Shown here in pieces: positions 10,406 through 18,678 of a DNA stretch of 64,000 bases (position 1 is the first letter of the stretch; the number at the start of each line of letters is the position of its first letter). Origin of the DNA: Gammaproteobacteria bacterium. Its GTDB lineage: Bacteria; Pseudomonadota; Gammaproteobacteria; UBA4575. Where the stretch lies: the NCBI GenBank assembly GCA_965243395.1, contig CBDEUS010000001.1:736001-800000 (forward strand). The letters run 5' to 3'. A program made the translations under genes and the position numbers. The notes beneath the pieces are model-generated. The model was not told the origin of the DNA, did not search any database, and saw only the letters and a list, made by a program, of their open reading frames with translations.

Positions 10406-11167
10406 ATGAATATTAAAAGTATGTCAAATACTGTACGTAGCTTGTTTCTTTCTTTATTACTTTTGCTAATTTATGGTTGTGCCACTTCTAATATTCCAAC
10501 TAATTCAGTTGTTATAGGATCTAGTCCAAACCTCCCTGTAGGTTTGAAAGAAATTAATGATTCTTATTGGTGGAGATGTAAATTCATAATAAACTGGCCA
10601 ATTGATGAGGAACCTAATTGGGCAGTAGACTATCTACTTGCTCATGCGGTGGTATCCCCGGTCTTATCTAAAAATTCAGATAAAATTTCGTATTGGCGAT
10701 TTCATCGTAGAGCAGCCCGTGATAAATCAGGGCATATGTTTTCTTTTATTTTTTATAGTGACCCAGAAACTGCATCTTCTGTGTTTTCTTCCATTAATAA
10801 TAATTTAATGTTGAAAGCCTCGGTTGAAAACAATCTTGTTCAAAAAGTCTATACGAGTGACACAAAAAATCCAAAGCATCACAGTATTAGTGCTACTAGT
10901 GATAAAAATTGGTCACCAGAAATACAAAAATACTGGCCTTCATATATTATGGGTGTGAGCGCACTTTGGCTTGGCCTAATTATTGAGGATATGCAACATG
11001 CTTCTCAAACATCTGATGATATACATTTATTGTTGGAAGAATATCGTCAAGTAGAGTCGAATATTGTAGATAAGTGGGAAAAAGAAGGTCAACACGCTTT
11101 TTTTCATCATATGAGCGCTATATTTGGATATCAACCAATGCTGATCAAAAGAGAAATAATATTTTAA
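10406..11167 (+). CDS. hypothetical lipoprotein
   Basis: Hydrophobic signal ending in lipobox IYGC; conserved-looking YWRFHRRAARD.SGH.FSFIFY. Confidence 0.75.
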   Translation: MNIKSMSNTVRSLFLSLLLLLIYGCATSNIPTNSVVIGSSPNLPVGLKEINDSYWWRCKFIINWPIDEEPNWAVDYLLAHAVVSPVLSKNSDKISYWRFHRRAARDKSGHMFSFIFYSDPETASSVFSSINNNLMLKASVENNLVQKVYTSDTKNPKHHSISATSDKNWSPEIQKYWPSYIMGVSALWLGLIIEDMQHASQTSDDIHLLLEEYRQVESNIVDKWEKEGQHAFFHHMSAIFGYQPMLIKREIIF

Positions 11168-11217
11168 TTTTGCAATTGAGATTAATATTTGTAAATCAAT
11201 ATGCAGATCATCATATG

Positions 11218-12189
11218 TTACAAAAGGTCTTTAACTGCATCCCTTTCTTCGAGCAACTCTTTTTCTGTCGCTTTCATCATTTCGATACTGAAATCATCTT
11301 GGTTTAAACCTTGTATTACATCGTAGTTTCCGTTGTGACAAACCACTGGGAAGGAATACATAAGGCCTTCTGCAATTCCGTAATCACCTTTAGAGATCAT
11401 ACCCATACTGACCCAATCATTTGTTCCTTGCACCCAGTCTCTCATATGATCAATTGCAGCAGATGCAGCTGATGCGGCAGATGATGCGCCACGTGCATTG
11501 ATAATTTCTGCGCCACGTTTTTGAACCTTTGGCATAAACTCATCTTTGTACCATGCATCGTCTACAAGTGATTTAGCATCTTTTCCATCTACTGTGCAGT
11601 GGCTAATATCTGGATATTGAGTAAGCGAATGATTACCCCAAACCACCATTTGTTTAATCCCAGTTACAGCAGCGCCTGTTTTTGAGGCAAGTTGACTGAT
11701 GGCTCGGTTGTGGTCGAGTCGCATCATCGATGTGAATTGGGAAGGATCTAAATCAGGTGCATTATTACAAGCGATGAGTGCGTTTGTGTTAGCCGGGTTT
11801 CCTACAACTAATACTTTTACATCTTTAGAGGCATTGTCATTGATGGCTTTGCCTTGTGGGCCAAATATTTTGCCATTTTCACTAAGCAGATCAGCCCGCT
11901 CCATGCCTTTAGTTCTAGGTTTTGATCCAATAGATAAAACATAATCCACATCACCAAACCCTTCATTTGTATCTGCTGTGCAAACAATATCTTCAAGAAG
12001 GGGAAATGCACAATCTCGCAATTCCATTTCAACTCCTTTTAGAGCATCTAATGCCGGAGGTATTTCGATTAGTTTTAGAATTACAGGTTGATCAGTGCCC
12101 AACATATTGCCTGCGGCAATCCTAAATGCTGCGGCATAACCGATGTTTCCTGCAGCGCCTGTAATCGCAACTCTTACTGTTTGCTTCAT
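11218..12189 (-). CDS. mdh: malate dehydrogenase (type 2, cytosolic-like MDH)
   Basis: [33 protein letters not shown]. Confidence 0.97.
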   Translation of the reverse strand: MKQTVRVAITGAAGNIGYAAAFRIAAGNMLGTDQPVILKLIEIPPALDALKGVEMELRDCAFPLLEDIVCTADTNEGFGDVDYVLSIGSKPRTKGMERADLLSENGKIFGPQGKAINDNASKDVKVLVVGNPANTNALIACNNAPDLDPSQFTSMMRLDHNRAISQLASKTGAAVTGIKQMVVWGNHSLTQYPDISHCTVDGKDAKSLVDDAWYKDEFMPKVQKRGAEIINARGASSAASAASAAIDHMRDWVQGTNDWVSMGMISKGDYGIAEGLMYSFPVVCHNGNYDVIQGLNQDDFSIEMMKATEKELLEERDAVKDLL

Positions 12190-12213
12190 TTATTTCTCCT
12201 TAGTAAGCAAAAA

Positions 12214-13314
12214 TTAATTTGGTTGATGTTGTTTTTCTAAATATTCGTGTGACTGCATTTCAGTGAGACGACTTGTAGTGCGCTCAAATTCTTCTTTTAA
12301 ACGTGTACCAGCATATAGTTTATCGGGTGTAGCTTCTGCTGACAAAATAAGTTTTACATTTCGGTCGTAGAATTCATCTATCATAGTAATAAACCTTCTT
12401 GCTTGATCATCTTTTGCATTAAAGATTGGCACATGCGAGAGTAAAACTGTATTAAATTCCCTCGCTATTGCAATATAGTCAGAGGCACTTCTGGGCCCGT
12501 CGCATAATTCTTTAAAATCAAACCAAGCAATCCCGTCTGCATGACGTATAGACTGTATTTCGCGGTTGTTTATTTTCAGCTTTTCCCATGATTCATTGCT
12601 ACGCTCAGTAGCAAGGTTTAAGAAGCTGTGTTCTAACCAATCATGTGAGTCCACATCAATTGGAGAATTATACAAGTCATTTTTTTGTAAAAATTCAAAT
12701 CGATGATCAATTTCTCCGTCGAGATGAATGATTTTAGTATGTTGTTGTAATAATTCGATGGTCGGCAAAAAACGCTCTCGTTGAAGGCCATCTTTGTAAA
12801 GCAGACTAGGCTCTACATTTGATGTTGCTATCAAAGCGACATTATTTTCGAATAAACCTTCAAGTAAGCCTGCAAGAATCATGGCGTCACCAATATCGTT
12901 TACAAAAAATTCGTCAAAGCAAAGTACCTTAGCTTTATCAGAAAATTCTTTTGCAACAAGCTTAAGTGGATCGGGTTGATCGCGATAATTTTTAAGCATT
13001 ATATGGGCTTGATCCATAAAGCGATGAAAGTGTAAGCGAAGTTTGTCCTGAAAATGTAGATTGGAAAAAAACAAATCCATCAGAAAAGTTTTACCGCGGC
13101 CGACGCCACCCCATATATAAAGCCCTTGGATACTACGTGTATTCGAATTTCGAGACAAAAATGTCGTAAACCGATCAATGATGGTCGAATCTTCAGGATT
13201 TTCAGAGCTAAGCTCATCATGCAGCGCCTGTAATGCTTGAACCACTTTTTTTTGGTTGGGGTCCTCGACTAGCTCATTTCCATCCAGTAGAGCTTGGTAA
13301 ACTGATTCAATCAT
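12214..13314 (-). CDS. zapE: AFG1/ZapE-family ATPase
   Basis: GLYIWGGVGRGKTFLMD, CFDEFFV.DIGDAM, RFITMIDEFYD. Confidence 0.95.
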   Translation of the reverse strand: MIESVYQALLDGNELVEDPNQKKVVQALQALHDELSSENPEDSTIIDRFTTFLSRNSNTRSIQGLYIWGGVGRGKTFLMDLFFSNLHFQDKLRLHFHRFMDQAHIMLKNYRDQPDPLKLVAKEFSDKAKVLCFDEFFVNDIGDAMILAGLLEGLFENNVALIATSNVEPSLLYKDGLQRERFLPTIELLQQHTKIIHLDGEIDHRFEFLQKNDLYNSPIDVDSHDWLEHSFLNLATERSNESWEKLKINNREIQSIRHADGIAWFDFKELCDGPRSASDYIAIAREFNTVLLSHVPIFNAKDDQARRFITMIDEFYDRNVKLILSAEATPDKLYAGTRLKEEFERTTSRLTEMQSHEYLEKQHQPN

Positions 13315-13579
13315 TATTATTCTTATGTACGCTCAGTTTTTAAAATGAGCGGTAAAACTCAATTAACCAGTATAAATATAAATCCTGTCCATAGGATGAA
13401 ATTGCAGAATAATTCCATCTATATTGACCAAATATCAATCAATTGGATATTTGGCTAATTTAAAAAATATAGATTAATCAGAGTACTTGGCAAATATTGG
13501 TATAACAAATTGTCACAAAAGTGCCAAAAATTGTCGTAATTTATAGGGTTATTTGCGCAAAATATAGCTCGAATATCGT

Positions 13580-13592
13580 TAAGTCCTTGATA
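13580..13592 (-). promoter_or_regulatory. IHF binding site
   Basis: Minus strand TATCAAGGACTTA is an exact match to WATCAANNNNTTR, about 20 bp upstream of a -24/-12 promoter. Confidence 0.7.
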
Positions 13593-13611
13593 TTTAAAAG
13601 AATACAAATTT

Positions 13612-13627
13612 TGGCATCAATTATGCT
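13612..13627 (+). promoter_or_regulatory. sigma54 (-24/-12) promoter
   Basis: TGGCATCAATTATGCT: GG at 13613-14 and GC at 13625-26 have the invariant spacing; predicted start about 13638. Confidence 0.7.
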
Positions 13628-13637
13628 TACTATATCT

Positions 13638-13736
13638 ATGAGCCTCTCAACATGATGCAAATATCCTCTATTTGAACATGTTGTTATTCTCGACTCCTCC
13701 TGGATTCGGCCGCCCTATATTGGCGGCCTTTTTTTT
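13638..13736 (+). ncRNA. candidate sigma54-dependent small RNA with anti-SD motifs
   Basis: Promoter, then hairpin CAACATG/CATGTTG plus CAAATA/TATTTG with loop TCCTC, then single-stranded CTCCTCC, then GC-rich terminator; no ORF. Confidence 0.65.
13708..13736 (+). terminator. intrinsic terminator with no upstream + strand CDS
   Basis: GGCCGCC-CTATATT-GGCGGCC-TTTTTTTT. Confidence 0.9.
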
Positions 13737-13806
13737 GCCTCATAAACTATATCTCTAGTAGCGCTAAGGGCTTCTCCTAGGTTCGGCTTTAGCGAATAAT
13801 TGCATA

Positions 13807-14868
13807 ATGTCTTTGGGTCCTCTCATGGTTGATCTTAGTGCAGATACTGTCTGTGCTAAGGAACGAGAATTGCTTTTATCACCACATGTGGGTGGTGTAA
13901 TTTTATTTAGCCGAAATTTTTCCACTATCGAAAAACTCACTGCATTAATCGAAGAGATTCATGAAATTCGACATCCACGTCTCCTAGTTGCTATTGACCA
14001 AGAAGGTGGGCGTGTGCAACGTTTGCGCGAAGGCTTCACACAATTGCCAGCAGTGAGATTATTAGGTGAGATTTATAATGATGAACCTACTCGTGCGGTT
14101 GAACTTGCGACTATAACTGGCTGGTTAATGGCTTCTGAATTAAGAGCTATTGGTATCGATTTTAGTTTCACTCCAATTTTAGATTTGGATCATGGCATAA
14201 GCCAGGTTATTGGTGATCGTGCATTTCATAAAGACCCTGAAGTAGTTTCTATAATCGCAGCTAAATATGTTCATGGTATGCGCAAAGCTGGCATGCAGGC
14301 CGTTGGCAAACATTTTCCCGGTCATGGTGCCGTAGTTGCAGATTCACATATTGATTTGCCCACAGATGATAGAGACTTTCAAGATATCTCTTTGCAAGAT
14401 TTAGTTCCTTTCCAACGCATGATAGATAATGGTATAGCCGGTATTATGAGTGCGCACGTTGTCTATGAAAAAATAGATTCTGAAATTGCGACGTTTTCTA
14501 AATTATGGTTACAAGAAGTGTTGAGAAAACAAATGGAATTTAAAGGTGTGATATTCAGCGATGACTTAAGTATGAAAGCCGCTCATTGCAATGAAGAAGA
14601 TAGTGAAGATTACTTATTACGTACACAAAGAGCTTTAGATGCTGGTTGTGATATGGTTTTGATTTGCAACTCTAGTGATAATGCATGCATGGTAGCAGAT
14701 CAATTGAATAACTATAACAATCCTGCTTCGCAAATGCGTTTAACACGCATGCATGGTGGGAAAGACCCAGTTTCATATGAAAATTTACGAAACTCTAAAG
14801 CCTGGCAAGCAGCTGTCAAAAAAATTGAATCTTATCAAGATTCACCTTATGGTGAACTAACACTGTAA
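13807..14868 (+). CDS. nagZ: beta-N-acetylhexosaminidase
   Basis: IDQEGGRVQR, KHFPGHG...ADSH, IFSDDLSM. Confidence 0.96.
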   Translation: MSLGPLMVDLSADTVCAKERELLLSPHVGGVILFSRNFSTIEKLTALIEEIHEIRHPRLLVAIDQEGGRVQRLREGFTQLPAVRLLGEIYNDEPTRAVELATITGWLMASELRAIGIDFSFTPILDLDHGISQVIGDRAFHKDPEVVSIIAAKYVHGMRKAGMQAVGKHFPGHGAVVADSHIDLPTDDRDFQDISLQDLVPFQRMIDNGIAGIMSAHVVYEKIDSEIATFSKLWLQEVLRKQMEFKGVIFSDDLSMKAAHCNEEDSEDYLLRTQRALDAGCDMVLICNSSDNACMVADQLNNYNNPASQMRLTRMHGGKDPVSYENLRNSKAWQAAVKKIESYQDSPYGELTL

Positions 14869-14881
14869 TAAATTAAAAAAC

Positions 14882-16000
14882 ATGAATAGTATCGATCTTG
14901 CAAGCCTGTTTGGCGACTCAAGTTTAGCAATGTATTTTAAACCTTGGGTGCTTCAGGTTTTTATCGTGGTTTTAAGTGTATTACTTATAAATTTTGCATT
15001 TAAAATCTTTTTAAAAAAGCTAGCCTCAAGAGCAGAGAAAACGGCAAATCCTTGGGATGATTCATTCATTCAAGCAGCAAATAAGCCTTTCCGCGTTTTG
15101 ATTTGGATAATCGGAATATTGTTTGCAGCTGAAATAGTTGCAAGTCGAAGTGAAGCGGAAATTTTTCGTGCAATAGAACCAATTAGAAATGTAACTATCA
15201 TTGCTACTTTGGGATGGTTTTTGATTCGCTTTGTTAAAGAATTTGAAAAAGCCTATGTCTACAGGCAGCATCAAAAAGGTAAGTCGGTAGATTTAACGAC
15301 TACACATGCCCTGGCAAAATTAGTTCGCGCATCCATATTTATTACGGCCGCATTAGTGATGATGCAAACTCTAGGATTTAGCATTTCGGGTGTATTAGCC
15401 TTTGGTGGCATTGGTGGTATTGCAGTGGGGTTTGCAGCAAAAGATTTACTCTCAAACTTTTTTGGTGGGCTTATGATTTATTTAGATCGTCCGTTTAAAG
15501 TTGGGGACTGGATCCGTTCACCTGATAAAGAACTAGAGGGTACAGTAGAGGAAATTGGCTGGCGACAAACGCGAATTCGCACGTTTAGCAAGCGACCTAT
15601 TTATGTACCTAACTCAATTTTCATGAATATAATTGTTGAAAATCCGTCACGGATGTCTCATAGGAGAATCTACGAGACTATAGGTATTCGTTATGACGAT
15701 ATTTCAGTTATGGACAATATTGTAAATGATGTAAAAGAAATGTTGGTCAATCATGACGAAATCGATACTAACCAAACTATGATTGTTAACTTTAATGAGT
15801 TTAATGAATCGTCGGTTGACTTTTTCATATATACATTCACAAAGACTACAAATTGGATCAGATTTCACGAAGTCAAACATGATGTATTGTTAAAAGTTTC
15901 AGAAATTATTGAAAAACATAGTGCTGAAATTGCTTTCCCAACACGTGTCTTGCAAATAGAAAATGAAAACTCTAGTGCATTGAACCTTACTAATTCTTAG
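14882..16000 (+). CDS. small-conductance mechanosensitive channel (YnaI/MscS family)
   Basis: GGIGGIAVGFAAKDLLSNFFGG, DRPFKVGDWI, EIAFPT. Confidence 0.93.
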   Translation: MNSIDLASLFGDSSLAMYFKPWVLQVFIVVLSVLLINFAFKIFLKKLASRAEKTANPWDDSFIQAANKPFRVLIWIIGILFAAEIVASRSEAEIFRAIEPIRNVTIIATLGWFLIRFVKEFEKAYVYRQHQKGKSVDLTTTHALAKLVRASIFITAALVMMQTLGFSISGVLAFGGIGGIAVGFAAKDLLSNFFGGLMIYLDRPFKVGDWIRSPDKELEGTVEEIGWRQTRIRTFSKRPIYVPNSIFMNIIVENPSRMSHRRIYETIGIRYDDISVMDNIVNDVKEMLVNHDEIDTNQTMIVNFNEFNESSVDFFIYTFTKTTNWIRFHEVKHDVLLKVSEIIEKHSAEIAFPTRVLQIENENSSALNLTNS

Positions 16001-16012
16001 TCGAATAGATTC

Positions 16013-16579
16013 ATGGAAGATTTATCTCATAATAAGATTTTACAAGTACGCAAAAATGCGGATGAACTCATTTCAGAACAAAAAATTAATCAAGCTATAG
16101 ATAAAGTAGCTACTCAAATTGAAGACACGATAAAAAATGAGGTTCCAATATTTTTATGTGTAATGAAAGGTGGGTTGATGTTCACCGCAGCATTAATGCA
16201 ACGTATAAAGTCTCCATTAATCTTAGATTACGTGCATGTAGATCGATATCGGAATAAAACGCATGGAAGCAGTATACATTGGCATAAAGAACCAGATGCA
16301 AATTTGAAGGGAAGGTTAGTTGTTATTATTGATGATATCTTGGATGAAGGTTATACCTTGCAAGAATTGATTGCTTATTGCCATACAAAAGGTGCCAAAA
16401 AAATATTGTCTGCAGTTTTATTAAAGAAAAAACTTGCAAATGTATCTGTTGATATTGAACCAGATTTTCTAGGGATGGAGGTCGTTGATCGTTACGTATT
16501 TGGCTGGGGAATGGATTACAAAGGATATTTACGTAATCAGTCATCCATTTATGCCATTGATGAAAATGATGGTACGTAA
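16013..16579 (+). CDS. hpt: hypoxanthine-guanine phosphoribosyltransferase
   Basis: VMKGG, PRPP loop VIIDDILDEGYTL, YVFGWGMDY. Confidence 0.92.
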   Translation: MEDLSHNKILQVRKNADELISEQKINQAIDKVATQIEDTIKNEVPIFLCVMKGGLMFTAALMQRIKSPLILDYVHVDRYRNKTHGSSIHWHKEPDANLKGRLVVIIDDILDEGYTLQELIAYCHTKGAKKILSAVLLKKKLANVSVDIEPDFLGMEVVDRYVFGWGMDYKGYLRNQSSIYAIDENDGT

Positions 16580-17317
16580 ATGACCAAGCTGGCAATAATT
16601 GGTGGCACTGGGCTTACTTCAATGGATGACCTCCAAGTCACAGAGAGACATGATGTTTTAACGCCCTATGGTGAAACAAGTGCTTTACTACTCGAGGGTG
16701 AATTAGCCGCAAAAGAAGTTGTATTTCTTGCTCGACATGGAAGCGGGCATACGATACCGCCACACAAAATTAATTATCGAGCCAATATTTGGGCACTAAA
16801 AAGCATAGGTGTTACAGATGTTATTAGTGTGGCTGCAGTGGGCGGGATCCATGCAGAGATTCCTCCTGAGAAAATAGTTATCCCAGATCAAATCATTGAT
16901 TACACCTATGGAAGACAACATACTTTTTTTGAAGATGATTTATCCGAGGTAACACACATCGATTTTACATATCCATATCATGAATCACTCAGACAAAAAC
17001 TAATTCAAGTATCAATAAACTTAAATTTAGATGTGTATCAAGGCGGTGTGTATGGAGTAACACAGGGTCCTCGTTTAGAAAGTGCTGCAGAGATAATGCG
17101 CTTAGAAAAAGATGGTTGCGATATCGTAGGAATGACCGGGATGCCAGAAGCTGCATTAGCAAAAGAACTGGAATTAAATTATGCCTGCTGTGCGTTGTGC
17201 GTAAATTGGGCAGCCGGGAAAATAGAACAAGAGATTACTATGGATGAAATTCTCATATCTCTTAAACAAGGGATGGAGTCGGTTAAATCTATTTTAGTAT
17301 CAATACTTTCTACATGA
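16580..17317 (+). CDS. S-methyl-5'-thioinosine phosphorylase (MTAP/PNP family)
   Basis: IIGGTG, ARHG..H..PPHKINYRANI, QGPRLE, VGMT; VNWAAG (Asn) in place of the MTAP DYD suggests 6-oxopurine specificity; nagZ...csiV-mfd synteny as in Pseudomonas. Confidence 0.85.
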   Translation: MTKLAIIGGTGLTSMDDLQVTERHDVLTPYGETSALLLEGELAAKEVVFLARHGSGHTIPPHKINYRANIWALKSIGVTDVISVAAVGGIHAEIPPEKIVIPDQIIDYTYGRQHTFFEDDLSEVTHIDFTYPYHESLRQKLIQVSINLNLDVYQGGVYGVTQGPRLESAAEIMRLEKDGCDIVGMTGMPEAALAKELELNYACCALCVNWAAGKIEQEITMDEILISLKQGMESVKSILVSILST

Positions 17318-17492
17318 CCGCAACGATTAACATGGATAGTCTAAGTGCGAAATTTATATCTATCATGGAATTTACAGTAGATGAGTAATTTATTGCTTAA
17401 TCATGATGCCGAGATTTCGGCAAAGTCTTTAAACATTTTCATAAAAGGTAGATTTTAGTATTTAAAAAATTTTATATATGAAGGATGGTTAT

Positions 17493-17933
17493 ATGTCTTC
17501 AAAAGCAACAGCTTTATTAATCGGTGGATTTTTACCTGCGTTTATTTATGGCGCGTCAGCTATTTTCCAAAAATTCAGTACAAGCGCAGGTATAAGTATT
17601 TCAACGTATCTTGTAGCAGTCGGGATAGGGGTTGCAATCGCAGGATTAGGTTTTTATTTGTTTGACAATACGGTCCCTTTTTCAATAAAAGCTAGCTCAT
17701 ATGCAGGTTTATTTGGGTTCACATGGGGGATAGCAAGCGGATTAGTAGCCTATTCACTTCTTCATTTTAATATACCAATTTCTCAACTGGTTCCTCTATA
17801 CAATATGAACACCTTGATTGCTGTGTTACTCGCATTGGTTATTTTTAGCGAATGGAAAGATTTGCATACCGTAAAATTATTAGCTGGTAGTATGTTAATC
17901 GTAATTGGTGCTATTTTTGTAGCAAATGCTTAA
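17493..17933 (+). CDS. small EamA/DMT-like membrane protein
   Basis: About five TM helices, 'ISQLVPLYNMNTLIAVLLALVIFSEW'; start chosen at MSSKA (ORF track starts 17478). Confidence 0.65.
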   Translation: MSSKATALLIGGFLPAFIYGASAIFQKFSTSAGISISTYLVAVGIGVAIAGLGFYLFDNTVPFSIKASSYAGLFGFTWGIASGLVAYSLLHFNIPISQLVPLYNMNTLIAVLLALVIFSEWKDLHTVKLLAGSMLIVIGAIFVANA

Positions 17934-18008
17934 ATAAGTATGCCCGCTATCAGTCGGTAGAAATTAAAAGTATCAACTGTCTTTAAAATTCTTGGATCAT
18001 CTATGCGT

Positions 18009-18671
18009 TTATTCTTCTATAGGTCTAATTTCTATAAGAATTCCAAGATAAGGGTGATCAATATAATGTAGTGTTTTGCTACGCATTTTGCGATGAGACT
18101 TGATAGGGAAGTCTGCTAACACACGATTCCGACCTAATGCATCCCCAGAAGAAATCGTAAATGTTTTTCTATAGACTAAATCTGTATATAGGTGTAAGAA
18201 GCGCCCGAGGACAATTTTAACCGTACCATCTAATTCATTTACTGGATGGTTAATAGGAATTTGCTGATCACTAAAACTTGCTTGTGCAAACGATCTTTCT
18301 TTAAATTCATCTTTATAATTTTTCCCTGCATGTATACGTACAGCAATTGCATCTTCTTTAGCAAGCCCAGGTTGCAACCATGCTATGTGTTTTAGAACTC
18401 TATAGTTACCAGAGTTGTTCAAAGCTTTGGCTTTGCCGCTAAGTTGAAAGATATCGGCATCTAAGGATATGAAACCATTAGAACTGGATTCATTTAGAAC
18501 CATTGCACCTTGCAAATCAGGAATTACGGCTCGATTGGAAATATGCACAGATTCACTACCACCTTGTAAGTTCGCGAAAAAAATCATTTCAACAATATAA
18601 TCCTTGCCGAAAGCGCTTTGTGAAGCAATAAAAGCAATAAAAATCAGAAGTATTTTAATTGAATAGCGCAT
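18009..18671 (-). CDS. CsiV-family peptidoglycan-binding protein
   Basis: Signal peptide, YIVEMIFF, HIAWLQP, LDGTVKI..GRFLH, MRSKTLHYIDHP..GIL; directly downstream of mfd. Confidence 0.85.
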   Translation of the reverse strand: MRYSIKILLIFIAFIASQSAFGKDYIVEMIFFANLQGGSESVHISNRAVIPDLQGAMVLNESSSNGFISLDADIFQLSGKAKALNNSGNYRVLKHIAWLQPGLAKEDAIAVRIHAGKNYKDEFKERSFAQASFSDQQIPINHPVNELDGTVKIVLGRFLHLYTDLVYRKTFTISSGDALGRNRVLADFPIKSHRKMRSKTLHYIDHPYLGILIEIRPIEE

Positions 18672-18678
18672 ATTTAGG

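Noticed and set aside
13638-13655. Leaderless mini-ORF MSLST at the predicted sRNA start
   Set aside because: Only five codons; the structural features argue for RNA function
13762-13794. Hairpin CGCTAAGG...CTTTAGCG upstream of nagZ with a CU-containing loop
   Set aside because: Imperfect and probably overlaps the nagZ promoter; not enough support for a separate element
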